Assembly (NCBI GenBank): GCA_963763775.1
Contig: CAVXPZ010000001.1
Location: forward strand, 1,472,001 to 1,536,000
Reading direction: 5' to 3'
Source of the DNA: an uncultured Chloroflexia bacterium
GTDB taxonomy: Bacteria; Chloroflexota; Limnocylindria; Limnocylindrales; CSP1-4
DNA length: 64,000 nt
Position 1 is the first letter of the stretch; each line of letters begins with the position of its first letter. Below, piece after piece: positions 37,050 to 47,670 of this stretch. The position numbers and the translations under genes were made by a program. The notes beneath the pieces were generated by a model. The model was not told the origin of the DNA. It ran no database searches and saw nothing but the letters and a program-made list of their open reading frames with translations.

Positions 37050-38383
37050 CGGACCGGCGCCGCGGCCGGGTCGATGGTGGGTGCCCACGCCTCTCCGTCG
37101 GGATACGCGAACCTGGCGAGTGACGCCGGCCGCATGGTGATGCTGTAGCCCGGCGCGGTCGGGACCACGTATCGGCCGTCCCGGACGACCGCCGGGTCCA
37201 CGAAGTGTTCGTGCAGGTGATCCACGTATTCCACCACCCTGTCTTCGAGTGATCCGCTGACGGCGATGTAGTCGAAGATCGCCAGGTGCTGGACATACTC
37301 GCAGAGCCCGACGCCGCCCGCGTGGGGACAGACCGGCACGCCGAACTTGGCGGCCAGCAGGAGGACCGCCAGCACCTCGTTGACCCCGCCGAGCCGGCAG
37401 CTGTCGATCTGGCAGAAGCCGATGGCGCGGGCCTGAAGGAACTGCTTGAACATGACGCGGTTGTGCGCGTGTTCGCCCGTCGCGACGCGGATGCCGAGCG
37501 GCTCGAGGGCTCGGGCGATCCGGGCGTGGCCGAGGATGTCGTCAGGGTTCGTCGGCTCCTCGATCCACCATGGCCGCGCCGGCGCCAGCGCGTGCATCCA
37601 CTCGATCGCCTGGTCGACGTCCCACGCTTGATTGGCATCGACCATGAGCACTCGCTCGGGACCGATCTCCTCGCGGACGATGCCGACTCGCCGGACGTCC
37701 GAGGCCATGTCGCCACCGACCTTGACCTTGAAGTAGCGCCAGCCGTCCTCGACCCCGGCGCGGCTCAATCGGCGGATCTTCTCGTCGGAGTAGCCGAGCC
37801 AACCGGTGGACGTCGTGTACGCCGGGTACCCGTCGGTCCGGATCTCGGCTTCGCGGATGGCGCGCGTGGGCTCCCGGCGACGCAGGATCTCGAGTGCCTC
37901 GTCGGGCGTCAGCGCATCGGTGATGTAGCGGAAGGGGATCGCGCGGACGAGCGCCTCGGGCGACAGGTCCACGAGGACCTTCCAAAGGGGTTTTCGCTCG
38001 GCTTTCGCATAGAGATCCCAGACCGCGTTGACGACGGCCGCCGTGGCCAGATGGATGACCCCCTTCTCGGGGCCGACCCAGCGCAACTGTCCGTCACCGA
38101 CGAGCTCGTACCAGAACGCCGCGAAGTCGTCGACGATCGACTCGAGCGTGCGCCCGACCACCATCGGTCCGAGGGCGTGGACCGCGGCGACGCACAGTTC
38201 GTTGCCTCGCCCGGTGGTGAAGGTGATCCCGTGCCCCTCGAGGCCGTCGGGATCGTCGGTCTTGAGGATCACGTACGCGGCCGAGTAGTCCGGTCGTTCG
38301 TTCATCGCATCCGACCCGTCCAGCGAATCGGAGGTCGGGAACCGGATGTCGAGCGCGACGACCTCGGTGATCGTGATGGGCAC
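37046..38383 (-). CDS. L-fuconate dehydratase (enolase superfamily)
   Basis: DIRFPTS..DGSDAMN..PDYSAAY, GPEKGVIHLA, GWLGYS, KVKVG, EEPT, CPHAGGVGLCE, YVDHLHEHF. Confidence 0.9.
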   Translation of the reverse strand: MPITITEVVALDIRFPTSDSLDGSDAMNERPDYSAAYVILKTDDPDGLEGHGITFTTGRGNELCVAAVHALGPMVVGRTLESIVDDFAAFWYELVGDGQLRWVGPEKGVIHLATAAVVNAVWDLYAKAERKPLWKVLVDLSPEALVRAIPFRYITDALTPDEALEILRRREPTRAIREAEIRTDGYPAYTTSTGWLGYSDEKIRRLSRAGVEDGWRYFKVKVGGDMASDVRRVGIVREEIGPERVLMVDANQAWDVDQAIEWMHALAPARPWWIEEPTNPDDILGHARIARALEPLGIRVATGEHAHNRVMFKQFLQARAIGFCQIDSCRLGGVNEVLAVLLLAAKFGVPVCPHAGGVGLCEYVQHLAIFDYIAVSGSLEDRVVEYVDHLHEHFVDPAVVRDGRYVVPTAPGYSITMRPASLARFAYPDGEAWAPTIDPAAAPVR

Positions 38384-38542
38384 GGGGACGGACTCCGGGC
38401 TCGAGTGGGGGAGTGGGACGGGGTGCCCGAGGGAGGAGGCCTCGGACACCCCTGGAGCTCGCGAGTTACTTGAACCGGTCGTGCCGGGCCCTTCGGATGC
38501 GGTTTGAGCCGGCGTCCGAAGCGTGCTCCCGTGCGGAAGGGA

Positions 38543-39568
38543 TCACTGCCAGGCTTTCGTGAAGTCGGCCGCGTTGTCCTTCGTCACGAGCGTGGTGCCC
38601 GTGTCGATGGCCTTGACGTAGTTCTCGCCCTTGAGCGACTTGACGGCCGCCTCGACGCCGAGGTTCGTCATCTTGAACGGCGACTGCGCCATGGTGGCCG
38701 TGGTCTTGCCTGCCTCGATGAGCTTGGCCATGTCCGGGTCACCGTCGTAGCCGAAGATCAGCAGCGGGTGCTGCTTGGACTCCGCGACCGCCACGGCACC
38801 CATCGCCGGGGAGTCGCACGCCGAGTAGATCGCTGTGAGGTTCGGGTACTTGGTGAGCAGGTCCTGCGTCACCGAGGCGCCGGTCTTGGTGTCACACAGG
38901 GTCTGCTGACCCCCGATGACGACCTTCACGCCAGTACCGTCGAGCGCTGCCTTGACACCGTCGATGCGCTGGTCGAGGTTCGGGACGCCACGCACGGCTT
39001 CGAGCAGGCCGATGGTGTCGCCCGACTTCAGCTGGCTCTTGATGTACGCGCCGGCAGCCTCGCCGCCCTTGACGTTGTTCGTCGCCGCAACCGCATCCGG
39101 CACGACACCGGGGATCGTGTTGTCGACGAAGACGATCCGGACGCCCGCCTGCTGAGCCTCATTGAGGGCATCGGTGACGCCAACGCCCATCGGGGAGATC
39201 ACGATCGCCTGGGCGCCCTTGGTGACAGCGTCCTGGATCTCCGCGATCTGGCAGGGCGTGTCGTCGTTGGTCTTGCACGCGTTGGTCGTGAGCTCGATGT
39301 CGTTCGGGTGATCGGTCTCGTACTGCTTGGCGCCCGCGATCATGGCATCCCAGAAACCGCCCGTGGCCTTGGTGAGAAGCGTGACCTTGATCTTCTCGGC
39401 TGCACTCGCGGACGGCGCCGCGGCACTCGCGGACGGCGCCGCGGCACTCGCGGACGGCGCCGCGGCACTCGTGGACGGCGGCGCGGCACTCCCGCCGCTG
39501 CTGCTGCACGCGGTGATGAGCATCGCCCCCGCTCCGAGCACGACCAACGCCTTCATTCGAGTCGACAT
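38543..39568 (-). CDS. Sugar ABC transporter substrate-binding lipoprotein (RbsB-like)
   Basis: Lipobox LITAC, FWDAMIAGA, ATNNVKGG, GYDG, QSPFKM. Confidence 0.9.
   Translation of the reverse strand: MSTRMKALVVLGAGAMLITACSSSGGSAAPPSTSAAAPSASAAAPSASAAAPSASAAEKIKVTLLTKATGGFWDAMIAGAKQYETDHPNDIELTTNACKTNDDTPCQIAEIQDAVTKGAQAIVISPMGVGVTDALNEAQQAGVRIVFVDNTIPGVVPDAVAATNNVKGGEAAGAYIKSQLKSGDTIGLLEAVRGVPNLDQRIDGVKAALDGTGVKVVIGGQQTLCDTKTGASVTQDLLTKYPNLTAIYSACDSPAMGAVAVAESKQHPLLIFGYDGDPDMAKLIEAGKTTATMAQSPFKMTNLGVEAAVKSLKGENYVKAIDTGTTLVTKDNAADFTKAWQ
39402..39490. repeat. 21-bp tandem repeat (~4.2 copies) encoding an SAAAPSA linker
   Basis: GCACTCGCGGACGGCGCCGCG x3 exact plus one variant copy. Confidence 0.9.
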
Positions 39569-39628
39569 GTGTGTTGCTCCTTCTTGTCGGATGTGCCGCA
39601 CGTGCCGTGCGTCTAGAGTGGAGAAGCT

Positions 39629-40426
39629 TCAAACGGTGGTGCTCCCTCCGGCCCCGACGATCCAGGACACGAGTTGCTGTTGGTTGTCCGCGGTCGCCGG
39701 CGCCTCGCCGATCTTGCGGCCGCGGCGCATGACCATGGCCCGGTCCGCGACCGCCATCACGTGATCCATGCTGTGAGAGATCAAGATGACCGCGACGCCG
39801 GAGGTTCGGAGCCGATCGACCAGCTCCAGGACCCGCGCCGACTCCCGAAGCCCGAGGGCGGCAGTCGGCTCGTCGAGGATGACGAGCTTCGAGGAGAACG
39901 CCACGGCTCGCGCGACCGCCACCGCCTGGCGTTGGCCCCCCGACATCAGGGCCACGTCAGCATCGAAGTCAGGGAGCCGGATCTGCAAACGGTCGAGAAG
40001 GTCCTTTGTACGGGTGGACATCTCCTTCTGCTTCATCCACTGGAGACCGCGCGGCAGCCAGGACGGCCCCGCCAGTTCGCGGCCGGCGAAGAAGTTCGCC
40101 GTCGGGTTGAGGTTGTCGAACAGGGCCAGGTCTTGGTAGACGGTCTCGATCCCATTTGATCTGGCATCGGCCGCCGAGTTGATCTGCACGGGGGCCCCGT
40201 CGATCTGGATCTCGCCTCGGTCGAGTTTGTGGACGCCGCTGATGCACTTGATGAGGGTCGACTTGCCGGCGCCGTTGTCACCGAGCAGGGCGAGAACCTC
40301 ACCGGCGCGGACCTCGAGGTCGACGCCCTCGAGGGCAACCACGGCCCCGAAGGTCTTGGTGGCATCACGAACGCTCAGGACGGGTTCCACGTCGGCGGGC
40401 ACCGCGACGTGAACGGCGTCAGTCAT
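39629..40426 (-). CDS. Sugar ABC transporter ATP-binding protein
   Basis: GDNGAGKST, MSGGQRQ, ILDEPTAALG, ISH. Confidence 0.93.
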   Translation of the reverse strand: MTDAVHVAVPADVEPVLSVRDATKTFGAVVALEGVDLEVRAGEVLALLGDNGAGKSTLIKCISGVHKLDRGEIQIDGAPVQINSAADARSNGIETVYQDLALFDNLNPTANFFAGRELAGPSWLPRGLQWMKQKEMSTRTKDLLDRLQIRLPDFDADVALMSGGQRQAVAVARAVAFSSKLVILDEPTAALGLRESARVLELVDRLRTSGVAVILISHSMDHVMAVADRAMVMRRGRKIGEAPATADNQQQLVSWIVGAGGSTTV

Positions 40427-41568
40427 GCGAGCCTCGCCTGCATGCTTCGGAACCGGTTCTCGACGAGGGCCCGCAAGACGTCGAGCTCGACCGCGACGAG
40501 GACGACCACTCCCACCGCGATGTACTGGAAGTTCGGGTCGAGACCGAGCAGGTTGAGGCCGTTGTGCATGACCCCGAGGATCAACGCACCTGTCAGGGCG
40601 TTCAAGACACCGCCACGGCCGCCCAGGAAGCTGCCGCCGCCGATGATCACCGCGGCGATGGCGCTGAGCTCCAAGCCCTGCCCGGTGAACGGCGAGCCGG
40701 CGTCAGCGGTTCCGACGAAGAGCATGCCGCCGATGGCGCCGGACAGTCCGCTCATGACGTAGACCGAGATCAACGTCCCGTTCATCGGCACGCCGGTGCG
40801 GACCGCGGCTTCGGGGCTGCCACCGACGGCGTAGATCCATCGTCCCCAGACCAGCTTGTGCAGGATGACGGCACAGACGACCGCGAAGACGATCACCACG
40901 AGCGTGGCGAAGGGGAACCATCCGATGTTGCCCGCGCCCGGGATCCCAGCGATACGTCCGCCGCCGAGCAGGTGGACGATCGGCGGGGAGCCCAGGACGG
41001 TGGAGCCACCGGCGATGTAGAGGGCGAGGCCGGCGCAGATGCTCAAGGTGGCGAGGGTGGCGATGAAGGGATGCGGCAGACGCCCCCACACCAGCAGCAG
41101 CCCGTTGACCAGACCGACGGCCAACCCCGTCAGCAAGGTGACCCCGATGGCCAGCTCCGCCGAGTGGGTGTCGCGGTAGACGACAGTCACCATGACGCAG
41201 CACAACGAGACGTTCGAGCCGATCGACAGGTCGATGCCCCGGGTCAGGATCACGAGGAGCTGGCCCAAGGCGATGATGCAGACACCGCCGGACTGCTCGA
41301 GAACGTTGCCGACGTTCCCGAACGTCATGAAGACGTGGCCCTCGGTGGCCGCCCAGAGGAACAGCATCATCAGCGTCAGGACGAAGAGCGGTCCCGCCTT
41401 CAGCCCCAGCAGGACACCCTTGATCGCGCGCGACGATCGGTCGTTGGCCGTATCCGGACCCCTCCCGACCTCAGGCTCTGGTGCGACGTCGGCGACGTCG
41501 GCAGCGGCGCGAGTCACCGACTCGTCGTCGAGCACGTCGCGCCCTCCGTTGTGTCCATCGTCGGGCAC
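40423..41568 (-). CDS. Sugar ABC transporter permease (RbsC-like)
   Basis: GIDLSIGS, PFIATL, GRWIYAVGG, ELSAIAAVIIGG. Confidence 0.92.
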   Translation of the reverse strand: MPDDGHNGGRDVLDDESVTRAAADVADVAPEPEVGRGPDTANDRSSRAIKGVLLGLKAGPLFVLTLMMLFLWAATEGHVFMTFGNVGNVLEQSGGVCIIALGQLLVILTRGIDLSIGSNVSLCCVMVTVVYRDTHSAELAIGVTLLTGLAVGLVNGLLLVWGRLPHPFIATLATLSICAGLALYIAGGSTVLGSPPIVHLLGGGRIAGIPGAGNIGWFPFATLVVIVFAVVCAVILHKLVWGRWIYAVGGSPEAAVRTGVPMNGTLISVYVMSGLSGAIGGMLFVGTADAGSPFTGQGLELSAIAAVIIGGGSFLGGRGGVLNALTGALILGVMHNGLNLLGLDPNFQYIAVGVVVLVAVELDVLRALVENRFRSMQARLA

Positions 41569-41582
41569 TATGCCAGCACGTC

Positions 41583-41601
41583 ATCCTATTGTCTATAGGA
41601 T
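41583..41601. promoter_or_regulatory. Palindromic operator candidate between the divergent permease and GntR genes
   Basis: ATCCTAT-N5-ATAGGAT perfect inverted repeat in an AT-rich intergenic region. Confidence 0.55.
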
Positions 41602-41658
41602 AGAGATGATTTTGATGCTGTATGGTAGCCGTCGAGTACTCGACACGCGAAGGCCGAG

Positions 41659-42417
41659 ATGGACCGTTATCAGATCGAAGCAATCCATGAGTCCGCCGCA
41701 GGAAAGCGCCTGGCCCAACGGCAACCGCTGCCCGGCTCGGTCTACGAGATCGTCACGGACATGCTCATGACCCACGCGTTCGAACCCGGCGCCAGGCTCA
41801 ACATCGAAGCGCTCGCCCGCACCCTCGGCGTGTCGCCGACACCGGTGCGCGAGGCCTTGGCACGCGTCGAGGCCGACGGTTTGATCGTGAAGCACCCAGG
41901 GCGCAGCTATACGGTGGCGCCCCTCATGGGGATCGAGCAGATGCGCGAGCTCATCGAGCTGCGGCTGCTCGTGGAACCCGCATTAGCCGCCAAGGTCGCT
42001 GCCCAGGCGGAGCCGAACGAGATCAAGGAGCTGCGCCGCGCTGCCCGGGCCGGTGGAGCCGGCGCCGAGGTCACGGCTGCGGCGAACCGGTTGGACATGG
42101 TCTATGACGCGACCTTCCACGCCATGGTCGCCGACCTCGCGGGCAACCAGATGATCAGCGACATGCTGACCCGACTGCACAGCCACCTGCACACCTTCCG
42201 GCTCTACTACCACGCGGGCCTGCATTCGGTGACGAAGAACGAGCACCTGGCGGTGGCCGATGCGGTCGCCCGCCAGGATCCCGACGGGGCCGAGGAAGCG
42301 ATGCGTGCCCACCTGGTATCGGCGCTGGAGCGGCTGGAGACGTTCGTCGTCGGCGGCAGCGCGACCGATGAAGCCAGGCAGATCCCGAAGTTCACCGCTG
42401 GGCGCGTCAAGGAGTGA
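41659..42417 (+). CDS. GntR-family transcriptional regulator (FCD domain)
   Basis: PGARLNIEALARTLGVSPTPVREAL, FH, EH, MRAHL. Confidence 0.92.
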   Translation: MDRYQIEAIHESAAGKRLAQRQPLPGSVYEIVTDMLMTHAFEPGARLNIEALARTLGVSPTPVREALARVEADGLIVKHPGRSYTVAPLMGIEQMRELIELRLLVEPALAAKVAAQAEPNEIKELRRAARAGGAGAEVTAAANRLDMVYDATFHAMVADLAGNQMISDMLTRLHSHLHTFRLYYHAGLHSVTKNEHLAVADAVARQDPDGAEEAMRAHLVSALERLETFVVGGSATDEARQIPKFTAGRVKE

Positions 42418-44549
42418 CCCGGGCAGCGACCGACGACAGGAGTGGGGCGATGTCGGCCGGTTCCGACCGCGTGTTGTTCGGTGCGGCGTACTACCACGAG
42501 TACCAACCGCATGACCGGCTGGATGTCGATCTCGATCTCATGCAGGAGGCGCACTTCTCGGTCATCCGAGTCGGTGAGTCGGTCTGGTCGACCTGGGAAC
42601 CGGAGAACGGCCAGTTCGATCTGGACTGGCTCGAGCCGGTTCTCGACGGTGCTGCGCGGCGGGGCATCTCCGTCATCCTTGGCACGCCCACGTATGCCGT
42701 GCCGCCGTGGTTGGCCCGGCTGTATCCGGAGATCGCCGGCGAACGATCCACGGGCGAACGGATCCCCTGGGGGGCTCGGCAGGAAGTCGATTTCACGCAC
42801 CCGGCCTTCCTCTTCCATGCCGACCGGGTGATCCGCAAGATCCTTCGTCGCTATGCGGGGCATCCCGCCGTCATCGGCTTCCAGGTCGACAACGAACCCG
42901 GCTTGCATCTCCTTCACAACCGCGGCGTCTTCCAACGCTTCGTGGACGACCTGCGTCATCGGTACGGCGACGTAGACAGCCTCAACCGTGAGTGGGGCCT
43001 CGTCTACTGGTCGCACCGACTCTCGACCTGGGACGATCTTTGGGCACCCGATGGCAACAGGCAGCCCCAGTACGACGTCGCATGGCGTCGCTTCCAGGCC
43101 GCAGAGACCACCCGGTTCATCGACTGGCAGGCCGACATCGTCCGGGAGTATTCCTCCCCCGGACAGTTCGTCACGACGTGCATCGCCTACGAACGGCCCG
43201 CCGTCGACGACGATCTGGTCACTGATGCCCTCGACATCACGGGGGGGAACCTCTACTACGCCATGCAGGACGGGCTACAGCTCCCGGACGACGGCTCCGG
43301 ACCGCAGGACCAGGGCTGGGCCACCACCGGAACTTGGGCCCTGTACTTCTCCGCGGACCGGATGTACTCCTCACGCCAAGAGGGCTTCCTCGTCACCGAA
43401 ACCAATGCCATGCACATCGGTCCTCCCTGGGACAACCGCCCGGCCTTTGACGGCCAGTGGCGTCAGGTCGCGTGGGCGCTGGTCGCCCGTGGAGCGCGGA
43501 TGGTCGAGTACTGGCACTGGCACACGCTGCCCTTCGGTACCGAAACCTCCTGGGGTGGGGTCCTTCCCCACGCGGGTCACCCGGGCCGAACCTTCGACCA
43601 GCTCCGCCAGGTCGGTGACGAGTTCCGGCGCGCAGGACGGCTGGTGGCGGGATGTCGACCCGACGCAGAAGTCGCCTTCCTGTATTCGCTCCCGAACCGC
43701 TGGCTGATGCAGAAATACCCGCCGTTGGCGGCAGCGGGAGGCGGACCCGATGCCCGGGCGTACGACGGGTTCTTCGCCCCCTTCTACCGCGGCGCTTTCG
43801 ACGCCGGACTCTCGGCCCGGATCCTGCATTCCCGGAAGGCGACCACCACCCATCCGGCCGAGTTCGCCGCCAGTCATCCGCTCCTCGTCGTGCCCGGCCA
43901 CTACATGAGCGCGGACCACCTGCTCGACTGGCTCGCGGACTACGCGGCCGCGGGAGGGCATCTCGTCATCGGCCCACGGACCGGATACGCGGATCACGAG
44001 GCGCGCGCTCGGACCGAGACGGTTCCCGGCCGCCTGGCCCAGGCTTCAGGCGTCCACTACGACGAGTTCAGCAACCTGAAGAGCATGCTCCCGGTTCTTC
44101 CTGCCGACGGGGCCACGATCAAGCTCGACGCGGCTAATGCCACGCGTTGGTGTGACGGACTGCTCGTAGACGACGCGCAGGTCGTGGCGACCTACGAACA
44201 CCCGCACTTCAGTCGATGGCCGGCGATGACCACGCGTGTCCACGAGAAGGGTCGCATCACATGCGTCGGCACCATCCCCGACTCGAGCTTTGCCAAGTCG
44301 CTCTTCCAGTGGCTAGCCACCGACCTCGTTCGACCCTGGTGCGAGCTGCCGCCCACGATGACCTCGACCGGCGCAACGGCCGTCGACGGAACCAGGCTCC
44401 GATTCCTGCACAACTGGTCCTGGGATCCCGCCTCGGTATCCGTGCCCACCGAGGTGCACGACATCCTGACCGGGGAAACGTTCCACCCCAAAGATCACGT
44501 CCAACTCGGGCCCTGGGATGTTCGGGTGCTGTCAGTCAGACGACCGTGA
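42414..44549 (+). CDS. Glycoside hydrolase family 42 (beta-galactosidase-like)
   Basis: FGAAYYHEY, IRVGESVWSTWEP, GTPTYAVPPW, QVDNEP, VTETN. Confidence 0.9.
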   Translation: MTRAATDDRSGAMSAGSDRVLFGAAYYHEYQPHDRLDVDLDLMQEAHFSVIRVGESVWSTWEPENGQFDLDWLEPVLDGAARRGISVILGTPTYAVPPWLARLYPEIAGERSTGERIPWGARQEVDFTHPAFLFHADRVIRKILRRYAGHPAVIGFQVDNEPGLHLLHNRGVFQRFVDDLRHRYGDVDSLNREWGLVYWSHRLSTWDDLWAPDGNRQPQYDVAWRRFQAAETTRFIDWQADIVREYSSPGQFVTTCIAYERPAVDDDLVTDALDITGGNLYYAMQDGLQLPDDGSGPQDQGWATTGTWALYFSADRMYSSRQEGFLVTETNAMHIGPPWDNRPAFDGQWRQVAWALVARGARMVEYWHWHTLPFGTETSWGGVLPHAGHPGRTFDQLRQVGDEFRRAGRLVAGCRPDAEVAFLYSLPNRWLMQKYPPLAAAGGGPDARAYDGFFAPFYRGAFDAGLSARILHSRKATTTHPAEFAASHPLLVVPGHYMSADHLLDWLADYAAAGGHLVIGPRTGYADHEARARTETVPGRLAQASGVHYDEFSNLKSMLPVLPADGATIKLDAANATRWCDGLLVDDAQVVATYEHPHFSRWPAMTTRVHEKGRITCVGTIPDSSFAKSLFQWLATDLVRPWCELPPTMTSTGATAVDGTRLRFLHNWSWDPASVSVPTEVHDILTGETFHPKDHVQLGPWDVRVLSVRRP

Positions 44550-44642
44550 CCGCCGACGGTCAGGCCGCCGCGGTCGGCGTCGGCACCGTGCGCGAACGGG
44601 ACTGGCTCTTTGACGGCCATGCGCACATCGCGGAGGGTCTCG

Positions 44643-45608
44643 ATGACTGACCCGTTGCCCACGGATTGGATCCGCAGACTGGGCGATACGTCAGTTTCGA
44701 CCTCGGCGATCATCGCGGGTGCTTCCCCCCTTGGGACCATGCTGTCGACGTACGGCTACGCGGTCGCGGAGGCCGATGCCATCGATCTCGTCCAACAGGT
44801 CCTGAAGAGTCCGATCCGGGCCTTCGATACCTCCAACGCTTACAGCGACGGCGAGAGCGAGCGCCGGATCGGCATCGGCATCGCTGCCGCGGGGGGATTG
44901 CCAGAGGACTTCACGGTGATCACCAAGGTGGACGCACGACACGGTGACTACTCCGGTGATCGGGTGCGACGCTCGCTTGACGAGAGTCAGGAGCGGCTCG
45001 GGCTTGGTGTCCTTCCGTTGCTCTTCTTGCACGATCCGGAAGGCCACGACTTCGCCATGATCACGCAGGCAGGAGGAGCGGTTGACACGCTGGTCGCGCT
45101 CAAGGACGAAGGCCGGGTGCAACACATCGGCATCGCCGCAGGCGATGTTCACGTCGTTTCACGCTACCTTGACCTGGGCGTCTTCGAGGTTCTCCTCACA
45201 CACAATCGTTGGACCCTTGTCGATCGAAGCGCGGACGAGCTGATCGACCAGGCAACCGCGGCCGGCATGGGGGTGCTGAACGCCGCGATCTACGGCGGAG
45301 GTGTCCTCGCCAACCCGACTGGGTCGTCCAGGTACGGCTATAGCGCGGCACCCAAGCTCGTCCTCGATGCCGTCGCTGCCATGAACGACGCCTGCTTGAG
45401 AAACGGCACTGATCTAGCCACGGCGGCCCTGCAATTCTCGATGCGTGATCCCCGCGTGCACTCGACCGTCGTCGGTTTCACGAAACCTAGCCGGATCTCG
45501 ACGCTCATGGCATCGGCCGCCGTCGAGCCGCCGCCTGACCTGTGGATCGAACTTGAGACCTTGGTACCACCCAAGTCATGCTGGCTCGACTTCCAAGCGA
45601 AAGGCTAA
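44643..45608 (+). CDS. Aldo/keto reductase (candidate L-fucose/D-threo-aldose dehydrogenase)
   Basis: FDTSNAY..GESERRIG, TK, LHDP, HNRWTLVD, AALQF. Confidence 0.85.
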   Translation: MTDPLPTDWIRRLGDTSVSTSAIIAGASPLGTMLSTYGYAVAEADAIDLVQQVLKSPIRAFDTSNAYSDGESERRIGIGIAAAGGLPEDFTVITKVDARHGDYSGDRVRRSLDESQERLGLGVLPLLFLHDPEGHDFAMITQAGGAVDTLVALKDEGRVQHIGIAAGDVHVVSRYLDLGVFEVLLTHNRWTLVDRSADELIDQATAAGMGVLNAAIYGGGVLANPTGSSRYGYSAAPKLVLDAVAAMNDACLRNGTDLATAALQFSMRDPRVHSTVVGFTKPSRISTLMASAAVEPPPDLWIELETLVPPKSCWLDFQAKG

Positions 45609-45769
45609 GCCAGTTCCCTGGTCAACCACGCCGGGATCGCTCCAAAGAAGGATGCGCTCGACGTCTCCAGGGCTGTCGCCCGGGATCACGCGGCGCCCGC
45701 GCCGCCCGGCTCGGACCCGCGGATCACGTCGCCGCCCATCCCACCGTTAGAACGGAGACCGCGTCCCGC

Positions 45770-46477
45770 ATGCCGACTGCCCCATCGAAGCTCGCCATCG
45801 TCGTCCGCGGGGGCTGGGACGGCCACGCGCCCATCGAGGCGACGGACCTGTTCATCCCGCACCTCGAGGCGAACGGCTACGAGGTCCGGATCTTCGACTC
45901 GCCGGCGCCGTACGCCGATCCGGACCTGATGGCGCGGACCGACCTGATCATGCAGTGCAACACCATGGCGACGATCGCTCGCGACGAGCTTGCGGGCCTG
46001 CGAGCGGCGATCGCCAACGGGACCGGCATGGCGGGCTGGCATGGCGGGATCGCCGATTCGTATCGCAACTCGTCCGACTACTTCCAGCTCATCGGCGCCC
46101 AGTTCGCGTGCCATCCGGGCAAGGACCCGGCGACGATCACCGGCGACGGACCCGAGAACAACTACGTGCCGTACACGGTCAACCTGCTGCCGGCCGCGGC
46201 CGACCACCCCATCACCCGGGGCCTCGCGGACTTCGACCTGGTCACCGAGCAGTACTGGGTGCTCTGGGACCGCTATCTCGACGTCCTCGCGACGACGACC
46301 CAGAAGGTCCGGCCGTGGGATGCGTGGCACCGCGAGATCACCTCGCCCGCCATCTGGACGCGGCGCTGGGGCAAGGGCCGGATCTTCGTCTGCACCCCCG
46401 GCCACAGCCTCGACGTCCTCGCCCATCCGACCGTCCATACCGTCATCGAGCGGGGGCTGCTGTGGGCCGGCCGGTGA
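45770..46477 (+). CDS. ThuA-like domain protein
   Basis: GGWDGH, GWHGGIADSYR, HPIT, EQYW, WGKGRIF..TPGH. Confidence 0.85.
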   Translation: MPTAPSKLAIVVRGGWDGHAPIEATDLFIPHLEANGYEVRIFDSPAPYADPDLMARTDLIMQCNTMATIARDELAGLRAAIANGTGMAGWHGGIADSYRNSSDYFQLIGAQFACHPGKDPATITGDGPENNYVPYTVNLLPAAADHPITRGLADFDLVTEQYWVLWDRYLDVLATTTQKVRPWDAWHREITSPAIWTRRWGKGRIFVCTPGHSLDVLAHPTVHTVIERGLLWAGR

Positions 46478-47577
46478 GGATCGGGATGATCGGTTGCGGC
46501 GCGATCGCCCGGCAGTACCTCGACACCGCCCGCCGGCTCGACGCGATCGAGATCGTGGCGGCGGCGGATCGCGTCCCGGCCCGCGCCACCGCGGTCGAGG
46601 CGGCCGAGGGCATCCCCGCGATGCCGGTGGCCGACCTCCTCGCGAATGCCGAGGTGGATGTCGTCCTGAACCTCACGATCCCGGCCGCCCACGCCGCCAT
46701 CGCCCTCCAGGCGATCGCCGCGGGCAAGGCGGTCTACGGCGAGAAGCCGCTGGCAGCGACGACCGCGGAGGCGCGCTCGATCCTCGAGGCTGCCGGGGCG
46801 GCCGGCGTGCAGGTCGGCTGCGCGCCCGACACGGTCCTGGGAACGGGGATCCAGACGGCGCGGAAGGCCGTCGACGACGGACGGATCGGGGCCCCGATCG
46901 CGGCGACCGCGACCATGGTCACGCCCGGCCATGAGCGCTGGCACCCCGATCCCGACTTCTACTACCAGCCCGGCGGCGGCCCGCTTCTGGACATGGGGCC
47001 GTACTACGTGACCGCCCTCGTCACGATCCTCGGCCCGGTCGTCGCCGCCATCGGCGCCGCGAGCCGCACGCGCGGGACGCGGACGATCCGCTCGGGCGCG
47101 CGCGCCGGCGAGACGGTCCCGGTCGCCGTCGACAGCCACGTGACGGGCGCCCTGATCCACGAGTCGGGCGCGATCTCGACGCTCGTCATGAGCTTCGACG
47201 CGGTCGCCTCCAGGGCGTCGCGGATCGAGATCCACGGGGAGCTGGGGTCGCTCATCGCGCCGGACCCGAACCTGTTCCGCGGCGACGTCGAGCTGCGCGA
47301 GCTCGACGGGACCGGCTGGGTCACGCTCCCGATCAGCGCCGGGTACGAGCGCAGCTCGCGCGGCTACGGGATCGCGGACCTGGCGGCGACCCCCGCCGGA
47401 GAGGAGCCGCGCGCCGGTGGCGCCCTCGCGTTCCACGTGCTGGACGTCATGGAATCGCTCCTGGAGTCGGCCCGGACCGGTCGCCGGGTCGACGTCGCGA
47501 GCCGCTGCCCGCGGCCGGCGCAGGTGCCGCTCCAGTCGCTGCCGAGCTCGGACGCGGAGATCCCGACCTACCACTAG
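46474..47577 (+). CDS. Gfo/Idh/MocA oxidoreductase
   Basis: IGMIGCG, YGEKP, APDTVLGTG, GGGPLLDMGPYY; GTG start overlaps the ThuA stop. Confidence 0.9.
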   Translation: MRIGMIGCGAIARQYLDTARRLDAIEIVAAADRVPARATAVEAAEGIPAMPVADLLANAEVDVVLNLTIPAAHAAIALQAIAAGKAVYGEKPLAATTAEARSILEAAGAAGVQVGCAPDTVLGTGIQTARKAVDDGRIGAPIAATATMVTPGHERWHPDPDFYYQPGGGPLLDMGPYYVTALVTILGPVVAAIGAASRTRGTRTIRSGARAGETVPVAVDSHVTGALIHESGAISTLVMSFDAVASRASRIEIHGELGSLIAPDPNLFRGDVELRELDGTGWVTLPISAGYERSSRGYGIADLAATPAGEEPRAGGALAFHVLDVMESLLESARTGRRVDVASRCPRPAQVPLQSLPSSDAEIPTYH

Positions 47578-47670
47578 CCGGGCTCGGCGGTCACGCTGCG
47601 ACGGCCCGGGCACCGACTCGCGGTATCTTCGGAACGGCGTCAACCGACGCACACATGTAGAGGTCACGCC

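Noticed and set aside
39402-39490. 21-bp tandem repeat as a CRISPR or contingency locus
   Set aside because: In-frame Ala/Ser/Pro lipoprotein linker with no spacers.
44546-44650. Mini-ORF containing LFDGHAH between GH42 and AKR
   Set aside because: Could be an amidohydrolase stub, but it is too short to distinguish from chance.
45955-47577. 540-aa ORF suggesting a ThuA-Gfo fusion
   Set aside because: The N-terminal part is an off-frame reading of the ThuA gene; the real start is GTG46474.
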